From Lytechinus pictus (Eukaryota), in the NCBI RefSeq assembly GCF_037042905.1, contig NC_087245.1, positions 34,412,001 through 34,476,000 of the forward strand: 64,000 nt of DNA, given 5' to 3'. The position numbers and the translations under genes are program-made. Each line of letters begins with the position of its first letter. Positions within the stretch are counted from its first letter, which is position 1. This document shows positions 49,064-61,821 of the stretch, in pieces. Below the pieces are notes generated by a model. It had not been told where the DNA came from and searched no databases. It saw only the letters and a program-made list of their open reading frames with translations.

Positions 49064-50976
49064 TAGTCCAGGATAGAAGGGGTCGAACCTTGTTTTTTTA
49101 TATATACAATGTTTTTTGATGGTTTCTTGTCAATTCGAGGGTGCTGATTCCGAATCTGAATGATGCCACTCGTGTAAGCTTGAGCATTTTCTGCAAATTG
49201 GCAAAATCCAATATGGCCGCCAAAATATTCAAATTACCCATGAAAATCATAAAATTGTCCACACATTGGCTTTAAAGTACATGCAATTGTGCTGCCGGAG
49301 TGAAATAATATCTGAAAAAATGATTTTTGTCAAAATATTTATTTTCTTGATATCAAAATGGCCGCTATCATAGACCCCTGTACAATTTTGCACTGAAATG
49401 CAAGTAATTATGATCTAAAAAGAGTGAAGCAATGTCTGTAAACATGATTGCTAACGATATATATCATTTGTTATGTCAGTTATGTGATAAATCCTGTATT
49501 TTGATATTCAAAATGGCCTTCAAAAGCCCTAACACTATTATGTACAATGTGAATGGTGACACAAAAAAATCACAAGAGTGAGCACTAAAATGCATTTTGT
49601 TGAGATAAACGAGTGGAATACTGACTAAAAACATTTTTGTTAACGAAATTTATTATTTAACATGCCATGTATGTGATAAACCCTGTATTTTGATATTTAA
49701 TATGACCGCCAAAGGCCCTAAAATTATGATCTACGATGTGAGAGAGGACAAAAACAATCACAAGGTGAGCACTAAAAGGTATTTTTTGTGGTAAATTAGT
49801 GGAATACTGTCTTCAAATATAATTTGCAACGAAATATATTATTCGGGTTTCATATTTGTGTTAAATATTGTATTTTGACTTTCAAAATGGCCGCCAAAAG
49901 ACATTGACTGTATTATGTACAATCGATCTGGGAAACCAATTTTCACATGAGTCAGCACCATAACATGCATATAATTGTGATTTAAGAGTAAAATATTGTC
50001 TGAAAACATAATTCCTAACAAGATATATCATTCATTCTGCCAGGTAGGTGATAAATAATGTATTTTGAAAGTCAAAATGGCCGCTACAGGCCCTAACAGT
50101 AGGCCTATTATGTACTTTGTGAATGGGAACATATAATTTTAACAGAATTTGGCTTTGCTTGACTAAATGGTGTTGCATGTATGAGTGAAATATCGTCTGA
50201 AAATATGATTTTGTAACCAAATAGATCATTTCTTATGTTATTTAGGTGATAAATGCTATATTTAAATTTCAAAATGGCTGCAATATGTTTCATGCAGCAT
50301 AATTACCGAAATTGCAAGGGAAATTATATGTTTCGTTAGAAATCCTTGTTGTCAGACAGTGTTACACCAATATTTCGCAGTTATTGGCATTTTAAAGTCA
50401 AACAAATTCAAAGGTTGTGAAAATTATTTGTCCCCTTTTATAGTATTGTACACAGTATAAGGGGTCTATGACAGCCATTTTGAATATCATAATACAGCAT
50501 TTATCACATTAGATAGTATACAAATGACATAGTTTTGTTAATAGTCATGTTTTCAGACAGTAGTCCACTCGCAGGTCACAATCACATGCAATAATAGTGC
50601 TCTTGTTTGAAAAAATATTTTCCCCATTCATATTCTACATAATAAAGTATACAGGGGTTATGGCGGCCATTTTGAATATCAATAAAATAAATATTTTGTC
50701 AAATATCGCTTTTCCAATTGGTATTTCACTTCTGCACAACAACTACATGCATTTTATAGCTAATGTGTTGGCAATTTTATGATTTTCATGGGTAATTTGC
50801 ATATTTTGGCGGCCATATTGGATTTTGCCAATTTGCGGAAAATGCTCAAGGTTACAAGAGTGGCATCATTCAGATTCGGAATCAGCACCCTCGAATTGAC
50901 AAGAAACCATCAAAAAACATTGTATATCTAAAAAAACAAGGTTCGACCCCTTGTCTATGGGGCCTATCCTGGACTA
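49064..50976. mobile_element. 1.9-kb non-autonomous Academ-like element with long TIRs
   Basis: AAA|TAGTCCAGGATAG ... CTATCCTGGACTA|AAA; >200 bp of highly similar inverted arms; internal CAAAATGGCCGC modules; no transposase ORF. Confidence 0.8.
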
Positions 50977-51170
50977 AAACACCCATTCATGGTGATTGAG
51001 TTGGTTTGAGAGCACCTTCAGTCTCTCCATGCAGATCCAGCTTCAGCCGGGTTTAGGCCAGGTTTAGGCCAGGTATTGTTCAAAAAGAATATGGCCCCCA
51101 AAATGGTATCAGGCTGGGTCTGTGGCCTGTCTCCATGTGTGACATAAAATGACTTTTAATACTTTGAACA

Positions 51171-51286
51171 AAATGTATCTTTGAGAAATATACAAGGTTC
51201 TTTTAATATACAAAGGACTTGAAAGTAAATGTATCTTTGAGAAATATACAAGGTTCTTTTAATATACAAAGGACTTGAAAGTAAAT
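51171..51286. repeat. Perfect 56-bp tandem duplication
   Basis: AAATGTATCTTTGAGAAATATACAAGG at 51171 and 51227. Confidence 0.92.
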
Positions 51287-51667
51287 CCAGTTAAGATGGT
51301 TAGAAAAATCTTCAGAACTATAATGATTTCTTTTTCAAAGTTTTTATCAGCCAGGGTTCAAACCCAGACCATAATTGGGTGTGTCTGAAATAGGGAACTT
51401 CTATCGTTCCTGTCCAATGACCCAGCGGAGTATTGAGCAGGCCTATACGGAAGAGGATTAATACTAGTCTGCTGTGCAAACCCTTCACTCGAGTTAAGGG
51501 TCTGAATGTGCAGCCTACTCATGCCTAGAGTACTGAAGGCCCTCTTGCCCAGCAAGTTTTGTATGTGCTAGTCTTAGCGTGGAGACACACTTGTTGATCA
51601 AAGTTCAAATCAGGGTATGTGCCTACAGACTAGATTCATATGGTATCGAGACAACTTCACTGGCTAA

Positions 51668-52115
51668 GACCCCGTTCTCATTACAATTTCTAAAACTGGT
51701 TTACTGGAAACCGGTTCAGGAAACCAGTTTGGAAGATCACTTTGCTAGCGTCCCCATTTGATCGCCGGAAAGTGGATTTCAAAATCACTTCACGTAAAGC
51801 GATCTTGTTGCTATGGGAATGCTCTCAGTGGGGTGACACGTTTCGCGCAAATTCAAAACCGCAGCGTACGCATTCTACACACAGTGTGCGGAGTAGCGCG
51901 CTAAAAATGTTTGAAGATCGCTTCCCGAAGAATGGTTGTGTCCTCACGCTAAAACCAGTATAACAAGGCAAAGCAATCATGAAAACTACATCGCGAGGTG
52001 GTTTTATGAACCGGTTTGGAAGATCACTTTGACCATTCTCATTACACATTAAACTAGTTTCCACTTAACTAAAATACCAGTAAACTAGTTTTAGGAAAGT
52101 AGTGAGAATGGTGTC
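51668..52115 (-). mobile_element. ~450-bp MITE, copy 2 of 3
   Basis: GACCCCGTTCTCA ... TGAGAATGGTGTC; reverse complement of the 42472 and 55209 copies. Confidence 0.85.
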
Positions 52116-53191
52116 TTATTCATCTGCCTACCAAAGAAAAAAAATGCAAGAACATGATCAGGCCTACAAGTAGCTTCTGTAGGCCTATCCTAGTAAATTG
52201 TTTGTAGTCAAGGAGTGTGTATCTCAGTGTATTATTGATGTTCATGGCTCCTGTTTTTTAAGTTTCTACCAGGTAAACATTTCGGGAGCAAACTTGCCAA
52301 AAGTATCAGTGTAATTTTTTTCCCTGCATATCAAAAACCATTATTCAATGTTCAATATTTTTCATTATATTACCCAGCATTACAAAGTTCTCAAAATTTC
52401 CTTTCAAACACCATAGCAGGTCCATGCAATTACCTATGCCTTGGGAGAAATTTCGAACTCTAAAAAGTACATGTACATTTTAAGGTACTACATGTACATG
52501 TAATTGGGAATGCGGGTATAACTATATTGCTTGTAATGGCCTACTGCCCCCAAAAAACTTTTCTTATACCTGATCAGAAAATACAAGATGTGTTCCTGGA
52601 TGGGCGGGAGTGAATATGTTTCATGAGGTTGCTCATAGAGCCTTTTCAAAACAGTATTGAAAAGACCTGAAATGTAAAGCCATATGAAGACTATTTGGGC
52701 TCCTCAATGAGATCAAGAATGGCAAGGATTCTTATATAAAAGCTCTTTTATTAATTGATCTATGGTAACTGGAAAGCTTATAATGTAATCTGTTTTTGTA
52801 GACTCCAATGTGAAAAGGGGCATCCAAGTGAACAAACTCTGCGGACTTAAAAAGAGATTTATATGGATTCACAGTATTTCACACTGCAAGGCTTTCTCAT
52901 GTCGGCCTACATACAGTATGTTGGCCTACATATTAGGTGCAGTACATGTACATGTAAGTACAAAATTATTGACCTGACGTCCTCACATTTTGCAAAGTAT
53001 AGTGAAAAACTAAGGAAACTTGAGATGTTTTATATTACTAAATGGCTGTACAACTCAAGAAAAATATTCATATCATTTTCAGCTATCAAAATACAATTGT
53101 TTGAAATATAAAAATGTACATGTATCCCTATAAATTGCATTTTGATATAATGTGGGCATTGGTGATTTTCTACTAATAAACCACTTTCTGT

Positions 53192-53464
53192 GGAGCGTTG
53201 TGGCCCAGTGGATTAGTCTTCGGACTTTGAAACAGAGGGTCGTGGGTTCGAATCCCAGCCATGGCGTAATTTCCAGCAAGAAACTGATCCACAGTGTGCT
53301 GCACTCAACACAGGTGAGGTAAATGGGTACCGGTAGGAAGTAATTCCTTAAAAAGCTGTGTGCGCTATGAACGCCTAGCTTAGCCGGGTAATATAGGAGC
53401 GCCTTGAGCACCTAACAAGGTGGATATGTGCGCAATATAAATATCCTATATTATTATTATTATT
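53192..53464 (+). mobile_element. tRNA-derived SINE, apparently full length
   Basis: Pol III A box TGGCCCAGTGG (53201-53211), B box GGTTCGAATCC (53245-53255), central CAGGTGAGGTAAATGGGTACC segment and (ATT)n tail. Confidence 0.9.
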
Positions 53465-55208
53465 CTGATTTTGATTACAAAACTCTCTGTATACATGTAT
53501 ACAGGGAGAGTTTTGTAATGTAGGCTACTGACTTCTCAGAAGAAAATCAACTAAAGACAAATAAAATCTGTGAAACCAAATAAATCAACAATAGGCTACG
53601 TGTATATCCTGGGTGAACATTAATCTTCAAATTAATGATTTTATATGTCATATTGGCAAGTTTGACAGATGCAGTAGGCAATATCTCAGTTTAGTATTTC
53701 AAAATGCATTTATCTTATTTCAAAGTTTGATAGGTCAGTCCCAGCCAAGAGAGATCATCAACACTGAAACCAGTGAATGGGAAACCAGTTTCCTTCACCA
53801 ACATCCTTATAAATCACTTTACATGATCCCAGGAAGCTTCCTCTTCAGAAAGAAATTTATGACTTTATGAGTTCGTCCTCACCAGCTACACATAAGTTTG
53901 CACAAACTCAAGATTCCATTCTCTTCTCTCTTAATATTCATGTAGGCGTACATGTACGTACGTACGAGCCATACTCTCTTTTAAGAATTATTTCTCTCTC
54001 CAAAACTGGGCTGAGTTCAGGTAGGCCTATTTAATACGAGTGAAGGGGAGGGTTTTTTTTTAGTTGTTACCATTACCAAAATGCTTTTGGCTGATTTCGA
54101 GACAGGGCTTTTGTCTTGGCTGTCACCTTGGACCTGAAATAATAACCAGCCTTCGGATACAAGACCCGTGCGATTCTTCTGATATGTAACTTGAACCAAC
54201 AATGGAAAGTTCTACATGCGACAGTACAAACCTATTTTCTCCGAACAGTGCACTTTTATCATTCATGAGCGAGATGAATAAGTCGACTACCTCCATGTAC
54301 ATTTTGTGACAATACCAAAGATATGCATGATGAAGCTCAAGAGCGCATAACTTTGTCAATGCCATGACCTACATCATCGGAAATCTAAATTTTGATTTTT
54401 ACTGTTGTGCCCTTTAATGATTAGAGTTTACTTTAATGACAAAATTACCATAAATTCAAGTACTTTTTAAACCCCAATGTGACAATTCCCTCTAATAAAA
54501 CTATCAACATCTCAATAAACATAGTGGACAATGTAGGCCCTATGTGCACAGGATTTAGACAAATTCTACAAGTTTGCAGGTCTACAATGTACACTCTTGT
54601 GTACATGTAGATGTAGGCCTACAGCCGTGAAGTATACCATCACAAAGCCAACATGAACTCGTTCGTCATCATGAAGTATTGAATCTTTTGATTGTCTCTC
54701 TGTTGATCTAACCTTGCTTTGGGTTTAGTAGCAAATAAACTTTAGGTGAGAATTTAACCTATCACTTCATGTACATTGAACGTGTACACTGTACATACAT
54801 ATACTGTACATGTAGGTCCATGTGCAGTATGAATTTGTAATGAAAAGTTGTAATGGTTCACTCCTGATGATCAGTGATCATGGCAACATTTTAGTGGGTT
54901 GTACCAGGGAATTGCTAGTGGGTTTTAACTACAAGTATTCTCTGATCGAACACTGTCAGAAATGATATCCATGGGGGTAATAGTGAGTAATGCAAACAAA
55001 GTGTGAATGTTGCAAGGTTTGCCATGTTTGGAGAGAGCTCACTCTGAAGATGAAACACCCACAGACCTTCACTGTTTACTCATGGAGGTAGTGTGAATCA
55101 TGCAAGTACTATGCATCTTCTTGGAAAAGATCATTGACCATACTGATCACTATTGTGTACATGTACACAAGTGCCATCATATCCTATCTGTGGTGAGTTG
55201 GTATCATT

Positions 55209-55658
55209 GACACCGTTCTCACTACTGTCCTAAAACTACAGTGTAGTTTACTGGAAAATACAATTAACGTGTAATGAGAACGGTCCAAGCAGTCTTGGAA
55301 GCGATCTTCCAAACCGGTTCAGAAAACCACCTCACGATGAAGTTTTGAAGATCGCTTTGCCTCGTTAAATTGGTTTTAGCGTGAGGACACCACCATTCTT
55401 CAGGAAGCGATCTTTGCACATTTCGAGCATGCTACTCCACACACTGTATGTGGAATGCCTACGCTGCGGTTTCAAATTTCGCGCGAAACATGTCACCCCA
55501 TTGAGAGTGTTCCCATAGCAACAAGCCCACCTTAAGTGAAATGGTTTTGAAAACCACTTTCGGATGATCGAATGGGAACGCTAGCAAAGCGATCTTCCAA
55601 ACTGGTTTCCTGAACCGGTTTCCAGTAAACCTGTTTTAGAAAGTATGAGAACGGTGTC
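55209..55658 (+). mobile_element. ~450-bp MITE, copy 3 of 3, with 3-bp TSD ATT
   Basis: ATT|GACACCGTTCTCA ... TGAGAACGGTGTC|ATT. Confidence 0.88.
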
Positions 55659-56334
55659 ATTTGACTTCCTGACAAAAGGGGCATGACACAGAGGTTTAGG
55701 GCATACATGTACATAATGTACATTTCAGAGTTCAAGTTTAGGAAAAAGTGTACAGGTACATGTACATGAAGTTTCACTTAATAGACATTTAAAGGTTGAG
55801 TCAATCATTCATTGCCATTATTTCACATGTAGGCCTACCTACATATATACTGACAATAATATCTTTAAGAACTGTAACATTGTATATGTGCCGATATTGC
55901 TCAAGGATGACAAAGTTACAACTGATGTACATGTAAATGTAGCCTACATCAAGTGTATGGAAAAAGAGTGTAAACTATGCTCAAAGATTGCTGACTGCCA
56001 CTGTACATGTACATGCACAAACGAAAAATGCTTTTAAAAACAAAATAAATATTAATTTAGAAAACTATAATATTCGATGCAATATTATCAGCAAAACTAC
56101 AGATTGACAACAAAGGTCTGACATGGACATGTACATGAAAATTCAACTGAATTATCAGGAACTCTGAATTTTAATCCCCTACATGTATACAGTATGTAAA
56201 TGTTATGTACATTTTGATGAGATTCCCCCAGTAGCCTTTACATTCAGCAATGTTGACATTGATAGCAAGGCAATAGGGATGTTTATGAGTGAATGAAATG
56301 AAAACATCAGTAGTTTTATTGTATCCCTGAAGAA

Positions 56335-56865
56335 GTGAGCTTTATTGTATCCCTGAAGAAGACGTGGGATTTACGTCGAAAATTTGGACTTGGAAATAAA
56401 CTCTGTTGGAACTAGTATAATGCATGACCTCTTTGCCTCTTATATAAATCAACACTTGATTTCAAGAAAGAGTGATTTTGGAGGTCATTGTCATCTCCTT
56501 TTATTGTAAATTTGTTTCATGATACATAGGTCTTTATCCATTATCTCATTCTTTTCACGCACTTTCATGAATGTGGTTGCGTCATTAGCAAGTTACTATG
56601 ACATAACAATGATGTCCTCACTTACGCAATAATATTTACAGCCTGCGACTCAAGTATGCTTTCATTATGATGGTGATGCTTTTTTAACCTGCACGTTTCC
56701 ATGACTACCATAATCATGAATACATCTATTATTTCACTTGTCATATTATCTTGTCACTGTGAGCTTTGTATCCCTGACGAAGACGTGAGGTTTACGTGGA
56801 AAATTTTGACTTTGAAATAAACTTTGTTGGAACTACAATGCATTTACCTCTTTGTCTCTTATATA
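56335..56865 (+). mobile_element. Penelope-like/retrozyme-like remnant with ~110-bp direct terminal repeats
   Basis: Direct repeats at 56335-56446 and 56759-56865, each CCCTGA(A/C)GAAGACGT...ACGT(C/G)GAAAATTT...AATAAA. Confidence 0.65.
56347..56390 (+). ncRNA. Candidate minimal type I hammerhead ribozyme (second, degenerate copy at ~56768-56810)
   Basis: CTGAAGA (56353-56359), stem II GACGT/ACGTC, GAAA (56378-56381), palindromic AATT in place of stem III, short TCC/GGA stem I. Confidence 0.55.
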
Positions 56866-57990
56866 TCATATATATATTCTATGGGAAGCATCTGACTGTT
56901 TGCATAGTTTGTAAACAGTCATTCATGCTGCCAGGTAAAATTCAACAGAAGTAATTGAAATATTTTCCATAGCAATGACAATTATTCAGTGTAGATACTG
57001 AAGAGTGTATGGCAGTGCCAGGTTATTTTGATAATGTGAGGATTTTTCTTTCCTCAAATAATATTGGGTACTGAGATTTTTGTATACATATAGACTTCTG
57101 CAGTCCTACATGTACATGTAGGACCCACGACCCAGAACTCTCTATTTCAAATACTACATGCACAATAAATTGAGCTGAAATTTTTAAGCGAAAAAAAAAA
57201 AATTCTACAAATAATACTTGAAACACCAAAGAGGGTTCATCGCTCCCCCACCCCAATGTAAGGTGCTTCCCCTACATGAACATATGCCCCAAATAGGTGA
57301 ATAAAAATAATACTGCATTCTAGCACATGTTTCTTTTGACATGGGAGATCTACAATTTATTACATGTGGGCCCTACATGTATATGAAGGACAAGGCTCCT
57401 GTGAAGATACCAGTGGCTTGAAAGATGACGAAAAGAGAAGAGTTGTGCTGGAAAATTCATAGAGTGCCGGGTGAAATTGGGCATGTAATTTGAGTCTGCA
57501 GTAGTGATTTGAGCATGTCAATATTGGGCGCCTATAATGAACTTAGAGATATGATATGAAATATTGAGCAGACGGGTGCACAGGGGGGAAGCATTGATAC
57601 AGGGCAGGGGTAGTAGTCTGAGCAACTCCAACCACCAAGCAACCCACACGAAAGAAAAGTAGTAGTCCATCTAAAAATCATGTATTCCATTCCTCAAGGT
57701 CGTTCTCCTCTTTCCAACACTGTACAGGACACAATTATGCTTTCACTAAATCATCCAATCCTTTGAAATATTTGATTTCCTTCAATTCTTAAAATAACAA
57801 TGAAGACGTCATTTTTTTTGTACCGCACATGTAGTGCTGTTATCGGTAAGAAAATTCTCTATCAATATATATCGCAAAGAATATCTTACCGATATCGACA
57901 ACTATTGACAAAAGAACAGGTGACAATTCTGTTTATTTGTACATGGAAAATCAAAATCAAATGCATTGATTAGCGATGGCACAATACTAA

Positions 57991-58541
57991 CGGTGGTCAA
58001 AATTTGTATCTGCCACTGTACCAACAACGCTTTGAAATCAAAGTTAATCAAATTCAAACAAGTACATAACATATTGAACAAAACATATTTAGCATGAATA
58101 CATCCTAACCTTTCAGGTTATTGGCATTATTTTAAGGTTGAATGAAATTTTATCGATGATTTGGGGGCTTTTTGGACATCGTTCTGAGCAGTCAACAACT
58201 TTCGTCTATCCACCATTTAGGATTTCGTGCAGTTACATCTTCGATCGTAGAGGGCAGCAACAAACAGCCGTGTTGCTTATTCAGTACTTGTTTTGGTAAG
58301 CTTCATATGCTGCGCTTATGAATGTTTTCGATACCATGGAGTCGATGGCAGTTTGGATTATCATGATTGTAGCGAAGTGAGATCTTGTTTTGTGGCTAGT
58401 AGTATTTGTATTTTGTTAAAATTTTGGAGTAATTTCTCTTGCTGTCCTGTGCATTTTGAGGAAAAATATGTTTTTCGTGATTTTCCATGAAATTGAAAAA
58501 GCCACTTTTTGTTTCAAAAAGCTGTTTCTGTGAATTCCGTC
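57991..58541 (-). mobile_element. Diverged, truncated inverted copy of the adjacent hAT-like element
   Basis: Its reverse complement matches 58767-59379, e.g. GGTCAAAATTTGTATCTGCCACTGTACCAACAAC vs GTTGTTGGTACAGTAGCAGATACAAATTTTGACC. Confidence 0.75.
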
Positions 58542-58732
58542 TAAAAATGGCCTCTTATTTATCACAATGTTATTTTATTGGTATTTTATTTCAAGATCAG
58601 CAGAACATGTCAAATAATCAAAGGTCCTGATATTTACATTACCAGTAGTCAAAGGAAGAAAGAGAGAGAGAGAGAAGGGGGATTACGAAACTTTGCCAGA
58701 ATATTAACTATATCAATGCTTGATTTTATATG

Positions 58733-59537
58733 TAGGGACAGTGATTTTCCGCGATCGCGGAAAACGGACGGAATTCACGGAAAGGGCCTTTTGAAACGGA
58801 AAATGGCATTTCAAACGGAAAATCACGGAAAACGTATTTTCCCTCAAAATACACAGTTCTATAGCAACAGAAATTACTCCAAAATCACAACAAAATGAGA
58901 ATATTAAATGGCCAAAAAAACCCAGAAAATACGATCTCACTTCGCTACTATCATGACAATTCACACATCGTGACTGCACTCGACATCAGCACACTCGATT
59001 GTACCCCGCTCCATACCCGTACCCCCGGCGCGGCCGGCCGGGTTGGGCTTCACATGCACACATGTATCGTTCAACTACATGTACACAGTTCTGTGTTGCT
59101 GCCCTCTACGTTTGAAGATGTAACAGCACGATATCGTGGTCTTAAAATCCAAGATGGCGGATTGGGAAAAGACGATGACTGATGATAACGATGTCCAAAA
59201 ACCCCCAAAATTATCGATGAAATATCATTTCACCGTGAAATAATGCTAATAATATGAAAGGTGAGGATGTATGCATGCAAAATGGGTGTGTTAAAATATT
59301 TTATTCACCCGCATAGATCCGATTAGAACGGATTTTATTGTGTTGTTGGTACAGTAGCAGATACAAATTTTGACCAGTGCGAGTGTGCATGTAAATGTGT
59401 AAACGGAATTGTCACTTTTCTGTGTGTACAAAGTCTATGGGGAAACGGAATTTCCGTTTTCTGACATGCTGAAACGGAATTTGAGATTTTCTGAAACGGA
59501 AAAGGCAATTTTTTGAAACGGAAAATCACTGTCCCTA
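58733..59537 (+). mobile_element. hAT-like non-autonomous element
   Basis: TAGGGACAGTGATTTTCCG ... CGGAAAATCACTGTCCCTA TIRs, sub-terminal ACGGAA repeats, TATATG on both flanks. Confidence 0.8.
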
Positions 59538-61821
59538 TATATGATTTTAGTGTCTCGGGTGATCAAAAAATATTTAATTGATTATATACAATATTAAAAT
59601 AAATAATACAAACAACAATTCTTTCATAATGAATAAAAGGGGAGGGGTGGATTCCAGAGAAGAATAAAAGCAGTCTAAAATGGTACTGGATTAGTCTACA
59701 GGGAAAGGGTGGCAGCTCCCCCCAAAAAAGAATAAACACAGTCTCAAATATAATGTGTGTTGCTATGTCGCACAAAACATCTATAGGCATCCTTGAAACG
59801 CCCCAGTTAAAAAATTACAATGAAAGGAGCACTGGACCAAATTGTTCTTATCTGCAGCCTTACAATTTTTTCACAAGTTTTTCAAACTTTTGTACCTTTT
59901 CTCCTTCCTTTCCACTCCCTGAGCACGTGATCAATATTCTTAGCTTTTGCGTCACAAAGAGTACAATGAGGGATTCACAAAAATCAGTGAAGTGACATGG
60001 AATATAGCCATTGATGGTCAATCATGCAGTAGTCCTGTTTTTGTGTTTTTTTTATTAGGGGATGGGGTGGGTCACATGTACAGTACACATGGACCCTCAA
60101 AATGGACTCCATGAAATGAGACTAGTATTAAACTAAGGCAAATTCAAATAATAAAAGTGGTTGATTGGACATTCCTTCAGGGATGTACAATAAAACATGC
60201 ACACTACATGATATACACATAGGAATCCAGTTACCTAATTGCTATATGTCTAGAAATCTTCTGGCAATATTTTGAACTACAAAAAGTACACTATGAATAG
60301 TTAAAGCAGGTTTATCGATAATTAATATCTCCTTCCACTTCCAGACCTGTGTTTCATACATGTATGTAGACATACACAAAAACACAAAAGGCCGCATACA
60401 CGTAGGCCTACATGTACATGTAGATCCATGTTCTATTGTTTGAGTTTTCAGAGATTTGCCTCATATCAAATTTTTATTCCAAGGAAAGTTACAGTTAGTA
60501 CAAAGTGATGAAAAAAAGAATGAATGCATATGAGTACACCCAGCAACCTATTCCACCGGTTCCATTTGCTCTGGACAGCGACAATTGCCCGGCTGTAAGT
60601 TCCACACACTTATGGAATGACCAACTTCAACCCTGGATTTAACACTATAGCCTATCCTAAACCTACAAAACCCTATTGCAACCGTATAATACAGAAATAA
60701 AGCAATTGTAATTGGAGCAAATGACATGACAGCATTCCACCAGCATTTTGCATTTCAATTGTTACCCACACACAACCTTAGAGTGTGGTTGGTTGTTGAT
60801 TTTTTTTTTGGGGGGGGTCTTGAAAAAGAAAATGGCAAAACTGTCTGTAAATCGTAAATGCACATGAATAGAATTTGTGAAATGATTTCAAATTCATCTA
60901 TGACCTTGTCCAACACTACATGTACATGTAGGAAAGTCCAGGATAGTAGATCACAAATAGTCTACATGTAGGTTTATTACAAGTAGGTAATAGCCAGCCT
61001 TTGACTTTCCATTCAATTTCTATTCATCAATCTTCTTTGTTTTCTTTCCCAGCACCACTGATATCATGGATTCACATGACAATAAAGTCTGCAAGTTGAT
61101 AATCCAAATCCCCTTTTCCAAGGCAGGGCTTCATAAGCAACAAAAGGAGTATTGATCTTTCCTCTTTCTCGAGTAACAAATACTCAGCAGAAGAGATATG
61201 GCTGCCTACACGTACTATAATAGGCCTTCATGTAGTGTGCATACATGTGGCCTACATAAATGTGGATGTGCAGTGCACAAGAAAACAAAAACTATACTGA
61301 ACGCACACTGTGTACAGAAAGCACAAACTGAAAAACAATCCAAGAAAGTGAGTAAACTGCAAACATATAACAAATACATCTACATGTACAGATAGGCCTA
61401 CATGTACATGTATGTTTGACCAGGAAAAATTTGAATACTTTGAGCTCCAACATGTATGCATACTTCTACATGTATGCAGGGAACACTTCCCTGATGTATG
61501 CATACTTCTTTGCGTATGCTCGAGGCAGTGTATATCCAGCAGACAGACCCGATTCTGTGCCGCCAGAATGAGTTTGTAAGAACCCTTGCGTTACTTTAGT
61601 TGCTTCGCTTCAATATACGGCTGGTACTGAGCCTAACTTGTTTACTTGACAGCCAATCACGGCTCGCCATTTAACGTCCATTGTCTAATCTCAGTTCTAT
61701 TATATACTGTTTTGCTCTAGCGTTAGTCATTCATGCGATTTTACTCCAATGAGTGCATGTCAAAAAGCTTCAGTACGTATGTCCGTTTTTAAAGCTATTT
61801 TACGATTTATGATTTCATGTA

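Noticed and set aside
53192..53265. tRNA gene (TTG anticodon-like loop)
   Set aside because: It continues into a SINE body and (ATT)n tail, has a poor acceptor stem, and has a second degenerate copy at 12806.
57991..59379. Single CACTA/Transib-like element bounded by ...GACCAGTG
   Set aside because: Better explained as two inverted copies of the TAGGG-ended element, because the right 'end' lies inside 58733-59537.
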